A program made the position numbers and the translations under genes. A stretch of DNA of 64,000 nucleotides from Bacteroidia bacterium. GTDB lineage: Bacteria > Bacteroidota > Bacteroidia > M30B66. Of the stretch, positions 46,034 through 55,107 are shown in pieces. Under the pieces are notes generated by a model. It saw only the letters and a program-made list of their open reading frames with translations, was not told the origin of the DNA and searched no databases. Positions within the stretch are counted from its first letter, which is position 1; each line of letters begins with the position of its first letter. The stretch covers positions 2,368,001 to 2,432,000 of the forward strand of contig OZ257142.1 in the NCBI GenBank assembly GCA_965279035.1, written 5' to 3'.

Positions 46034-48992
46034 AATTTCGTGAATCAAGAGCTTTGTAAATCGCTTCTTGAATTTCAACGCGGGTAGCTAGTGTATTGAT
46101 CTTTTTATTTTCAGCATCTGGATATACTCTGTTCGAAAGAAAAATATAAATCAATTGTTGATCAGGATCTACCCAAGCAATTGTTCCTGTAAATCCAGTA
46201 TGACCAAAACTTAAAGAAGATACACACTTACATGTTGGACCCGTTTTTCCATAATTCATTTCGGGTTTATCGAATCCCAATCCTCTACGGTTTTCTTTTT
46301 CACAAAACTGACAACGAATAAATTCATCTATTGTAGCAGATGATAAATACCTTTTTCCACCATAAACACCTTTATTCAACACCATTTGCATTAGAATCGC
46401 TAAATCATTGGCATCAGAAAATATTCCAGCATGTCCACCAACACCTCCCATCATAGCTGCACCTTGATCATGAACATATCCATGAACTAATTGCTTTCTG
46501 AATAAATTATCTTGTTCTGTAGGAATTATTTCTTCTCTTGGAAATTTATTCAATGGATTATAAGTAATTCGATTTAAACCTAGTGGTTTGTAAAACTCCG
46601 ATTCAACGTAATTATCCAAAGTTTTTCCTGTATGATGTTCGATGATATATTTAAAAAAATAGTAGCCTAAATCACTGTATTTATATTCTTTGTTTTTACT
46701 AACATCACAGGCTGCAATCTGCGCCAGCATTGAATCTGGATAATCCTTTCGCAAATACATCCCATCTGCAACCTTTAATGGAAAACTATCACTCACTGTT
46801 TTTCTATAAAATTTATTTCGGGTAGTTTCAGATGAAATTGTTCGAGTATAAAAAGGGATCCAAGCAGGCAATCCCGCTTGATGTGCCAATAAATCACGTA
46901 GTCGCATACTTCCTTTATTGGTCGCATTTAAAAATGGAATATAATCTCCAACGGTTTTATCAATATCTATAAATTTTTCATCCGTAAGTTTCATAATAGC
47001 CATCGTGCTTGCCGCTACTTTGGTAATGGAAGCAATATCATATAAGTCGGTAGTTTTTACAGCAGCTGATGTTGAACTGTATGTTTGATTCCCAAATGCT
47101 TTATTGTAAAAAACTTTCCCATCTTTTGCAATTAATACTTGACAACCAGGAGTAGCTTTCATTCTAATTGCCCAATTAGCAATCGAATCAACGGCTTTCA
47201 ATTGTGCCGGTTTTATTCCCAATTCATCGGGAATAGTATATTTCATTCGAATAACATCGGACAAGATTTTGCCACTTCCAAATGGATATCTTGAATCTAT
47301 TGTAATTGGTAATTTTCCATTCGATATAATTCCACCAAAAATCAATTGTGCCGAAATTTCCTGACTTAATTCATTGTCCTCATACGAAACAATAATTCCC
47401 TCGGGATGTACAGTTTGATCGAGTTTGGCTAAACTATATGGATTCGCAAAAACATTCACAATAACCTTAGAATTCAATTGAATTGCTTGAATTAAATTGC
47501 TGATTTCACTGGTCATTCCTGCCGATTTTGACATACTGTTTTTAGGATTATGTATTCCTATTATGACCAAATTATATGATTTCAGTTTTTTTAATAATTC
47601 TCCTTGATGTTTTAGTAAATGTTCTTTTTCAATTTCAAATCCATCTACTTTGGAATAAAGATTTAATGTTTTATTGAAAATACTTTGAGCTTTATCATCA
47701 ATCGATAAAGAAGCAATACGTAATGTATCCAATCCATTAACAGGCATTATTTGATTGTTTTCTAATACGGTTAAAGAAGCCTCTGTCAATTGTCTCCTTA
47801 ATAATTCCGATTCACTTGTATGCAAATCAGTATATAAATTACTCAATTGAATTTTAGGTGTTTTCTTTAAACCTAACCAGGCTTTCGCTTCCAATATTTT
47901 TCGACAGCGACTATCAATTTCTTCTTGTGTAATTTTTTTCTCTTCAATGGCTTTTTTTATTTGGTGAATTCCTGTTGGTACATCTTCAGCAAAAAGTAAA
48001 ATATCATTTCCAGCAAGAAGGGCTTTCACATCAACAAATCCAGGTTGATTATGAGCAGAAATCCCTTTCATATTCAAGGCATCCGTAAATACTAAACCCC
48101 GAAATCCTAATTCATTTTTTAATAAATCAGTAACTACAGCATGCGAAAGTGTGGTAGGTCTTCCAACAGTGGTATCAAGCGCTGGTACAAATAAATGGGC
48201 AACCATAATACTACCCAGTCCTTGACGAATTAATTCTCTAAAAGGATAAAGTTCGAGTGAATCCAAACGTGCTCTTGTGTGAGGAATGATTGGAAGTGCT
48301 TTATGTGAGTCAACATCGGTATCACCATGTCCCGGAAAATGTTTTGCATTCGATAGCACTTTGGCATCTTGCATTCCTTTCATATAGGCAATGCCTTTAG
48401 CTGCAACTAAGTATTTATTCTCACCAAACGATCGCATATTAATAACCGGATTTGATGCATTATTATTGACATCTACCACAGGTGCAAAATTGACTTGAAT
48501 GCCCATTCTGCGACATTGACGCGCAATTTCTCCACCCATTTTATAGATTAACGAATCGTCTTGAATTGCTCCCAACGTCATTTGTTTTGGAAATGATTGC
48601 ATCGAATCTAAACGCATCGATAAACCCCATTCTCCATCAATAGAAATCATTAATGGCACATTGGAAATTTGCTGATAATAATTGCACAATCGAGCTTGCC
48701 GAATTGGCCCTCCTTGCATAAAAATTAATCCACCAATTTGATTGTCTTTAATCAATTTTGTTAGTTCATCCTGATGTGCTTTGGGTTTATTGGAGTATGC
48801 AGCAACCATGAATAATTGCCCAATCCGTTGATCTGGAGTAAGTACTTTCATCACGCTATCAACCCATGTTTTGTTATTTCCTTCAAATGGTGGTTTTATT
48901 GGATCAACCGATAGTTCATTTGGACTAGATGATGCCCAAACAATAAAAGCTGTTGATGCAATAATTAATGCCGGAATGATAAAACGTTTCAT
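46032..48992 (-). CDS. GH3 beta-N-acetylglucosaminidase fused to a beta-lactamase-family serine hydrolase
   Basis: IDGEWG, FAPVVD, RSFGE, KHFPGHGD, TDALNM; then ASITK (SxxK), LLAHQAG, YSDLG, GHAG and FGHTGFTGT. Confidence 0.92.
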   Translation of the reverse strand: MKRFIIPALIIASTAFIVWASSSPNELSVDPIKPPFEGNNKTWVDSVMKVLTPDQRIGQLFMVAAYSNKPKAHQDELTKLIKDNQIGGLIFMQGGPIRQARLCNYYQQISNVPLMISIDGEWGLSMRLDSMQSFPKQMTLGAIQDDSLIYKMGGEIARQCRRMGIQVNFAPVVDVNNNASNPVINMRSFGENKYLVAAKGIAYMKGMQDAKVLSNAKHFPGHGDTDVDSHKALPIIPHTRARLDSLELYPFRELIRQGLGSIMVAHLFVPALDTTVGRPTTLSHAVVTDLLKNELGFRGLVFTDALNMKGISAHNQPGFVDVKALLAGNDILLFAEDVPTGIHQIKKAIEEKKITQEEIDSRCRKILEAKAWLGLKKTPKIQLSNLYTDLHTSESELLRRQLTEASLTVLENNQIMPVNGLDTLRIASLSIDDKAQSIFNKTLNLYSKVDGFEIEKEHLLKHQGELLKKLKSYNLVIIGIHNPKNSMSKSAGMTSEISNLIQAIQLNSKVIVNVFANPYSLAKLDQTVHPEGIIVSYEDNELSQEISAQLIFGGIISNGKLPITIDSRYPFGSGKILSDVIRMKYTIPDELGIKPAQLKAVDSIANWAIRMKATPGCQVLIAKDGKVFYNKAFGNQTYSSTSAAVKTTDLYDIASITKVAASTMAIMKLTDEKFIDIDKTVGDYIPFLNATNKGSMRLRDLLAHQAGLPAWIPFYTRTISSETTRNKFYRKTVSDSFPLKVADGMYLRKDYPDSMLAQIAACDVSKNKEYKYSDLGYYFFKYIIEHHTGKTLDNYVESEFYKPLGLNRITYNPLNKFPREEIIPTEQDNLFRKQLVHGYVHDQGAAMMGGVGGHAGIFSDANDLAILMQMVLNKGVYGGKRYLSSATIDEFIRCQFCEKENRRGLGFDKPEMNYGKTGPTCKCVSSLSFGHTGFTGTIAWVDPDQQLIYIFLSNRVYPDAENKKINTLATRVEIQEAIYKALDSRN

Positions 48993-49015
48993 GGATTGTA
49001 TTTGAAATCAAAACG

Positions 49016-49023
49016 CAAAAATA
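49016..49023 (-). promoter_or_regulatory. -7 box (TATTTTTG) of the GH3 gene
   Basis: Minus strand CTATTTTTGCG, 23 nt upstream of the ATG. Confidence 0.55.
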
Positions 49024-49164
49024 GACGGAGCAATACGTCAATCTTGAATAATCGGAAATAACTATCAACAGTGACAAGTGAACTGTTGGTTTTATAGAAA
49101 CACTATTTATAATTCCAATTCGTTTTTCAATTTTTGATGTTTGGCTTTTCGTAAATTGAGCCCA

Positions 49165-50712
49165 ATGAAAAAATACTTTCTTTCGATTTTTCTCTTCATT
49201 TCTTTCGATCATTCAATCATTGCTCAAAAAGGAATACAATGGGGAGGAGATATTTTTAAACCTTCGAGTTCAACCACTTTTCAGGTGATTGGAAATTGGC
49301 CTGATGGTGTTTTAATGCAAGCTAGAACTCGAACTAAATTATTTTCTCCAGGAAAAACGTTTATTCAACGTTTTGATAATCTTACCTTATTACCTCAATT
49401 CAACAAAGAAGTTAAATTAGAAACATCAAAAGGAAATAAAACCCTTGAATATGCAGTCCTTGAAAGAGTAGGCGACAAACCCGTTTTATTTGCTACCTAT
49501 TTCAATAAAGAAAAAGATAAAATTGAATTATACGGTCGTCAATATGATACCGAAGGTGAATCTGTTGGTAAGGAAAAGAAAATTGCTGAATTCCCTGCTA
49601 CTCGTAAAAGTCAGCTCGAGTCTCTCAATTTTGTCCAATCTTCAGATAGTAGTTCAATGCTCAGTTATTTCTCAGAAAAATTCGATCAGTATTCGAATGA
49701 GAAAATGGAATTCAATTTATTCAATCCACAATTGGATATTATTTGGAATCGTAGCATTGAGTTTCCATACAAAGGAAGAAACTTGGAAATTCATAGAACC
49801 ATTGTCGATAAAAACGGACGCGTATTTATGCTCGTACGAGTATTGTTCGATAAAGATGAACTCGAACAACGATCTGGTCCACGATATCGCTATAGTTTAG
49901 TAACTTTTGGAAGCGATACTTCCTTGGTCGAAGACTATGAAATTAGTTTGGATCAACGCTATATTTCTGATATTGATATGTTGTTGGATTCGAATAATCG
50001 CGTGGTTTGCAGCGGTTTTTATTCCGAAAGAGGGCAGGGGCAAGCTGCGGGTACATTTTATTTGGAAATCGATAGAAATACACGCATTGTTCAAGAAAAA
50101 ATATTAACTCCATTTGATAAAGCCTTTGCTACGAGCTTCATGGAAACGAGTCGAGTGAAAGGCAAAGTTGAACTAACGGATTTTAAATTGGATCATTTTG
50201 TCAAGTTTCGAGATGGTTCCTTTGGATTAGTTGCTGAGCAATATCTCATGGACGAAGTATGCTACCAAGATTTTCGTACTGGAATGTATAGCTGCAATTA
50301 CTATTATTATTACAACAACATTATCGTTGTTAAAATGGATCAAAAAGGAGAGGTTATTTGGACTGCCGATATACCCAAATACCAACAAAGTTCCAACGAT
50401 GGTGGATTTTATTCTTCTTATGCATTTGCATTTGATGGTGATAATCTACATTTTCTTTTTAATGATCATCCCAAAAACTTAACGGAAACTAATTTATCGC
50501 GTGCTCATATCATGAATAATGTACGCAGGTCTGTTCCTGTGTATGCTAGAATTAGCAATGATGGTCAATTTAGTCGACGACAAGTATCATCAGGAAAAAG
50601 CTCTCGCTTGTTTTTAGTACCCCAATATTCAACTCAAATTAGCGATCGTTCTATCTGGACTGTTGGTATGACAACCAATAAATACCGAACAGGAGTTTTA
50701 TTGCTCGATTGA
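49165..50712 (+). CDS. Secreted hypothetical beta-rich protein (possible beta-propeller)
   Basis: ATG 49165 gives signal peptide MKKYFLSIFLFISFDHSIIA-Q; propeller-like motifs (V..GFYS, D..G..IW, IPK.Q). Confidence 0.7.
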   Translation: MKKYFLSIFLFISFDHSIIAQKGIQWGGDIFKPSSSTTFQVIGNWPDGVLMQARTRTKLFSPGKTFIQRFDNLTLLPQFNKEVKLETSKGNKTLEYAVLERVGDKPVLFATYFNKEKDKIELYGRQYDTEGESVGKEKKIAEFPATRKSQLESLNFVQSSDSSSMLSYFSEKFDQYSNEKMEFNLFNPQLDIIWNRSIEFPYKGRNLEIHRTIVDKNGRVFMLVRVLFDKDELEQRSGPRYRYSLVTFGSDTSLVEDYEISLDQRYISDIDMLLDSNNRVVCSGFYSERGQGQAAGTFYLEIDRNTRIVQEKILTPFDKAFATSFMETSRVKGKVELTDFKLDHFVKFRDGSFGLVAEQYLMDEVCYQDFRTGMYSCNYYYYYNNIIVVKMDQKGEVIWTADIPKYQQSSNDGGFYSSYAFAFDGDNLHFLFNDHPKNLTETNLSRAHIMNNVRRSVPVYARISNDGQFSRRQVSSGKSSRLFLVPQYSTQISDRSIWTVGMTTNKYRTGVLLLD

Positions 50713-50841
50713 TTCATTTTTAGTCTTCTCTTTTTCGTGTTGCTGTTGGTCTTTTTCACACACAAATAGAACAAGCTTCAAAACCATCCATGGGATTGAT
50801 AATAATGCGATTCCAATTAAACTCAATTTCCAAATAGCCAT
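50698..50841 (-). CDS. Unannotated 47-aa small membrane protein candidate
   Basis: MAIWKLSLIGIALLSIPWMVLKLVLFVCEKDQQQHEKEKTKNESIEQ*. AAAATG start 15 nt after the AlbA_2 gene stop; fills the intergenic gap. Confidence 0.5.
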   Translation of the reverse strand: MAIWKLSLIGIALLSIPWMVLKLVLFVCEKDQQQHEKEKTKNESIEQ

Positions 50842-50856
50842 TTTAGCAAAGAACGT

Positions 50857-51495
50857 TTAGCTTTTCTCATCTCGCAAGAGAAATAAAAATCCTCCGGATT
50901 CTTCTAACTCAATATTTATAATTTCCCAACGAATAAAATTGGCAAGGGTGCGAGCAACAATGTGACGAGGAAGCTTGCTCCATTTCGTTGCTTGATTTAA
51001 ACTCAACCATTTTTTCTCCTGAAATACATGCAATACACGTAATTCTTTTTCTGAAAAATGGGCGGGTGGATTTTTATCTGGATTATTTAATCGCCATAAC
51101 TCGAGATGAACTGGTGTAGCCAAACGATTCGAAGCACCACAACGAATCCAAGCTTTCCATTCTCCTGGTTCGGTTTCGGCTTTTACTGGTAAAGAAATCG
51201 CTGCAGGAATAAAGGCTTCTAAAATCAGTTTTCCTTCAGCTTCTCTTCTTCGTATTTCCATCTTCACCGGTGAATTACAATACATACTAGCTGCTGCATC
51301 CAATACATAAATTTCTTCTTCTAAGCGGATTCCTGCTATCGCTCCATTGTCTTTCACTCCAACTAAAATAGTTCCTCCGCCGGCATTCGAAAATGCTGAA
51401 ATCGTTGATGCAATGCGTCGTGCTGAATTAAGTTCGAACTTAAATTCAAGGGTTTGACTTTCACCCCGTGCAATAAGTTCTTTGATTGATAGCAT
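50857..51495 (-). CDS. Schlafen AlbA_2-domain protein with a C-terminal winged-helix-like region
   Basis: GESQTLEFK, AFSNAGGGTILVGVKDNG and W.R.G. ATG 51495 follows a TATATTCG box. Confidence 0.85.
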   Translation of the reverse strand: MLSIKELIARGESQTLEFKFELNSARRIASTISAFSNAGGGTILVGVKDNGAIAGIRLEEEIYVLDAAASMYCNSPVKMEIRRREAEGKLILEAFIPAAISLPVKAETEPGEWKAWIRCGASNRLATPVHLELWRLNNPDKNPPAHFSEKELRVLHVFQEKKWLSLNQATKWSKLPRHIVARTLANFIRWEIINIELEESGGFLFLLRDEKS

Positions 51496-51587
51496 GCTGC
51501 GAATATACTCAAGCGAAATGAACAGCCTTGTTAATAGGGATGTGAGCAATTCCATTTTCTTTTCGACACTTGCTCCATTCTGCGACT

Positions 51588-51595
51588 TAAATTTG
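51588..51595 (+). promoter_or_regulatory. -7 box (TAAATTTG) 4 nt before the recN ATG
   Basis: TAAATTTG-CTTC-ATG. Confidence 0.6.
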
Positions 51596-51599
51596 CTTC

Positions 51600-53261
51600 A
51601 TGCTTCAACGGCTTTCCATTCGAAATTATGCTCTGATTCAAGAACTCAGTATTGAGCTACGTCCAGGTTTTACCATTATTACAGGTGAAACGGGAGCTGG
51701 AAAATCAATTCTATTAGGTGCGCTAGCTTTATTATTGGGAGAACGTGCCGATCCAACTGTACTGCGCGATTCATCTAAAAAATGCGTTGTTGAAGCACTT
51801 CTCCTTGTTGATCAATACAATTTGAGTGATTTTTTTAAGTCCAACGATTTGGATGAAGAATCAATATGCATCATCCGTCGAGAGATTAATCCAGCCGGAA
51901 AATCTCGTGCTTTTATAAATGACACTCCCGTTAACCTCAATCAACTACGCGAACTCGGGGCACGATTAATCGATATCCATTCTCAACACGACACTCTTCT
52001 TTTAAATAGTTCTTCCTTTCAGCTTCAATTAGTAGATGCTCCTGCGGGAAATGCTTCCATATTAAATCAGTATAGAGAAATTTTTAGTTCTTGGAAAAAG
52101 AAAAAGAAAGAACTCGACGATTTGCGATCCGAAGAAGCACGCATGCAATCAGAACAAGATTTTCTTCAGTTTCAATTCGATGAATTAGAAAATGCCCAGC
52201 TTCGTCCCAATGAATTTCAACAAATCGAAGATGAATATTCAGCACTCAGTCATGCCGAAGAAATCAAAATTCAATTAGCTGCAGCTTCATTAGCTCTTGA
52301 TGATGAAAACCACGGCGTTGTTACTGGTTTAAGGCAGGTCTTGCTTTCTCTTCAACAAGCGGCAAAATATTCACCGAATATCCAAGTTCTTCATGAACGC
52401 GTTCAATCGGTAATGATTGAAGTTCGTGATATTTTATCTGAAACAGATCATCTAGCTGATCACCATGAAGCCGATCCTAAACGCTTGGATGAATTGCGAT
52501 TGAGACTTGATCAATTGAATCATTTGCTCAATAAACACCGTTGTTCCAATAGTGATGAACTCATTGAACTTCAACAACAATTCGAACAAAGACTCAATCA
52601 AACTGCAGGTTTGGGCGAAGACATTATTCGATTACAAAAGGAATTGGACCAATTATATAATGAAGTGCTTCAATTGGCAGAAACGATTTCAAGCAATAGA
52701 AAATCGGTGATTCCTATTATAGTACAAGAAAGTACCCATTTGCTTTCTCGATTAGGTATGCCCAAAACACAATTACACATTGAATTATCCAAACGCGAGT
52801 TGCCAGATCAAAATGGAATCGATAAAGTGAATGTGTTATTTTCTGCTAATGCGGGTTCTTCCATGCAGGAATTAAGCAAAGTAGCAAGTGGTGGAGAATT
52901 ATCGCGATTGATGTTGAGTTTGAAAAAAATCATTGCCGGTTCGGTTTCTTTGCCCACCATTGTGTTTGATGAAATTGATACGGGTGTTTCAGGTGCTGTT
53001 GCCGATAGCATGGGCGAAATTCTCAAAGAAATGGGAACTGAACTTCAAGTGATCGCTATTACACATCTGCCTCAAATTGCCAGTAAAGGAGACGATCATT
53101 TGAAAGTAATCAAATCAACAAGTGGAAAAGAAACAACTTCACAAATCATTCGACTAAATGAAACCGAACGGATTGATGAAATAGCAGGCATGTTAAGCGG
53201 TAAAGAACTTTCTGATGCAGCAATTTCCAATGCTCGTTCATTACTTGGGATTGGCTCTTGA
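51600..53261 (+). CDS. recN: DNA repair protein RecN
   Basis: ITGETGAGKS Walker A, coiled coil, ASGGELSR signature, FDEIDTGVSG and ITHLPQIA. Confidence 0.96.
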   Translation: MLQRLSIRNYALIQELSIELRPGFTIITGETGAGKSILLGALALLLGERADPTVLRDSSKKCVVEALLLVDQYNLSDFFKSNDLDEESICIIRREINPAGKSRAFINDTPVNLNQLRELGARLIDIHSQHDTLLLNSSSFQLQLVDAPAGNASILNQYREIFSSWKKKKKELDDLRSEEARMQSEQDFLQFQFDELENAQLRPNEFQQIEDEYSALSHAEEIKIQLAAASLALDDENHGVVTGLRQVLLSLQQAAKYSPNIQVLHERVQSVMIEVRDILSETDHLADHHEADPKRLDELRLRLDQLNHLLNKHRCSNSDELIELQQQFEQRLNQTAGLGEDIIRLQKELDQLYNEVLQLAETISSNRKSVIPIIVQESTHLLSRLGMPKTQLHIELSKRELPDQNGIDKVNVLFSANAGSSMQELSKVASGGELSRLMLSLKKIIAGSVSLPTIVFDEIDTGVSGAVADSMGEILKEMGTELQVIAITHLPQIASKGDDHLKVIKSTSGKETTSQIIRLNETERIDEIAGMLSGKELSDAAISNARSLLGIGS

Positions 53262-53351
53262 ACAAAACTTTTACATTTACACCATCAAATTCAAATTGAT
53301 TTTTGAATACTTCTTCACATTGTCCATACTTCTAAAAACAATATTCAAGGC

Positions 53352-54158
53352 ATGAATCAGATTCTTAAAGGAAAACGCGGAATTATCTTCGGAGCATTAG
53401 ACGAACAAAGCATCGCTTGGAAAGTTGCTGAACAGGCTCATGCCGAAGGAGCTTCTTTTGTTTTAACTAACGCTCCTATTGCTATGCGTATGGGTGAAAT
53501 CAACAAATTGGCTGAAAAATGTTCTGCCCAAATTGTCCCTGCAGATGCAACTTCTGATGATGACTTAAATAATCTTTTTACCAAAGCCCAAGAAATTTTA
53601 GGTGGTAAAATCGATTTTGTGTTGCATTCCATTGGCATGTCTCCAAATGTTCGTAAAGCTCGTCCATACACCGATTTAAATTACGACTTCTTCCACAAGA
53701 CAATAGATGTTTCGGCAATGTCGTTACATCGTGTGTTGCAAGCTGCTCATAAACAAGATGCATTAAATGAATGGGGCTCTGTTGTAGCCTTAACATATAT
53801 AGCTGCTCAACGTACTTTCCCTGATTATAGCGATATGGCCGAAGCTAAAGCAATGCTTGAATCGATTGCCCGCAGTTTTGGTTACCACTACGGAAAAGCA
53901 AAACACGTTCGTGTCAATACCATTTCCCAGTCCCCTACATGGACAACTGCAGGTAGCGGTGTACCGGGTTTCAAAGAGTTTTACAACTATGCCGATACCA
54001 TGGCACCACTTGGAAATGCTTCTGCTTTAGATTGTGCGAATTATTGCATTAGTCTTTTCTCCGATTATACACGTATGGTTACCATGCAGAACCTCTTCCA
54101 TGATGGTGGATTTTCTAACATGGGAATCAATGCAGCCATGGTAGTTCCTAAAGATTAG
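53352..54158 (+). CDS. fabI: Enoyl-ACP reductase FabI
   Basis: LKGKRGIIFGALDEQSIAW, DFVLHSIGMS, TYIAA..Y..M..AK, VNTISQSP and HDGG. Confidence 0.9.
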   Translation: MNQILKGKRGIIFGALDEQSIAWKVAEQAHAEGASFVLTNAPIAMRMGEINKLAEKCSAQIVPADATSDDDLNNLFTKAQEILGGKIDFVLHSIGMSPNVRKARPYTDLNYDFFHKTIDVSAMSLHRVLQAAHKQDALNEWGSVVALTYIAAQRTFPDYSDMAEAKAMLESIARSFGYHYGKAKHVRVNTISQSPTWTTAGSGVPGFKEFYNYADTMAPLGNASALDCANYCISLFSDYTRMVTMQNLFHDGGFSNMGINAAMVVPKD

Positions 54159-54159
54159 A

Positions 54160-54930
54160 ATGAAAAAGTCGCTTTTCTCCTGCTCAATATTTCAAAATAG
54201 CATTCTTTTAATGGCAATGCTTTTCATGAGTTCCTTTGCAATTGGGCAGGAGGGAAGTACACCTGTTAAACAACGAACCATTCCCTTTTCTTTTCGATTT
54301 GATGGAGGCTTAGGCTTTTTAACTAAACCTCGTGCAATGAAACTGACCTTCAACAGCGTTGGCGATGCAAACGTGGGAGCTTTCTTTCATATTGCCAAAG
54401 GAGTAAATGTAGGATTGAATTTCAGGTATACAGGATTTCAGGTTTCGCGTAATGCCTCGAATTTCAACGACTTCGATACCATTAACGGCACTGGTGGAAC
54501 AACGATCGTTTCAGTTCCTATTCACACAACTCACAATATGTTCACCCCGGGAATTACAATCGGATACGATAAATGGGTGAGCGGATATTCTTTATTCAAC
54601 TTCAATATCAATACGGGATATTCTATGGTGCGCTATGCACATATTCGAAGTCTGAAAAAAGATTATCCAGTTGACAAAATCCCTAATCGAGATATTTATA
54701 ATTACAACGCTTTGCTCATTGAACCAGCCATCAACTTCATGTATTTTTTCGAAGATCATGCTGCGATGACGATTAAACTTTCTTATTCACGGCTTTTTGC
54801 AGGTTTTCATCCCGAACAAATTGCATTGGATGGTGGCGCCATATCATACGAGAAAAGCGATTTAGGTGGACAAATCCAATACATCTCGGTTGGATTAGGA
54901 TTCGTTTATTCCTTCAAACGCATAGAGTAA
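54160..54930 (+). CDS. Outer-membrane beta-barrel hypothetical protein
   Basis: Signal peptide, alternating strands and C-terminal YISVGLGFVYSF. Confidence 0.65.
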   Translation: MKKSLFSCSIFQNSILLMAMLFMSSFAIGQEGSTPVKQRTIPFSFRFDGGLGFLTKPRAMKLTFNSVGDANVGAFFHIAKGVNVGLNFRYTGFQVSRNASNFNDFDTINGTGGTTIVSVPIHTTHNMFTPGITIGYDKWVSGYSLFNFNINTGYSMVRYAHIRSLKKDYPVDKIPNRDIYNYNALLIEPAINFMYFFEDHAAMTIKLSYSRLFAGFHPEQIALDGGAISYEKSDLGGQIQYISVGLGFVYSFKRIE

Positions 54931-54931
54931 A

Positions 54932-55012
54932 GGGGTGGTTTCCGGGCTTTCATTCTAAGGCCGGCATTCCCACAAGCTTCGCGCTTCGGGCTTTCCATTC
55001 AATCCCTACCAC
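54932..55012 (+). ncRNA. GC-rich structured intergenic element resembling the Bacteroidota Flavo-1-type RNA/repeat
   Basis: Closing GTGGT/ACCAC; CGGGCTTTC at 54943 and 54987; 3' CAATCCCTA. The family resemblance is from memory and was not searched. Confidence 0.45.
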
Positions 55013-55054
55013 TTATTGCCATAAACTAAATACGTTACTCTACTTCATAAACAT

Positions 55055-55092
55055 AAAAAAGCCCCGATAGATTCAACTCTAAAGGGGCTTTT
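55055..55092. terminator. Bidirectional terminator at the clpC 3' end
   Basis: AAAAGCCCC..TAGA-loop-TCTA..GGGGCTTTT. Confidence 0.75.
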
Positions 55093-55107
55093 GCTTTTTG
55101 CTAATTC

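Noticed and set aside
45580-46078. ORFs 45580-45804(+) and 45671-46078(-)
   Set aside because: They overlap the signal-peptide-bearing 138-aa gene, and the antisense one also crosses the terminator.
48925-49212. 95-aa minus-strand ORF
   Set aside because: It spans the divergent promoter region, overlaps both flanking genes and has no recognisable features.
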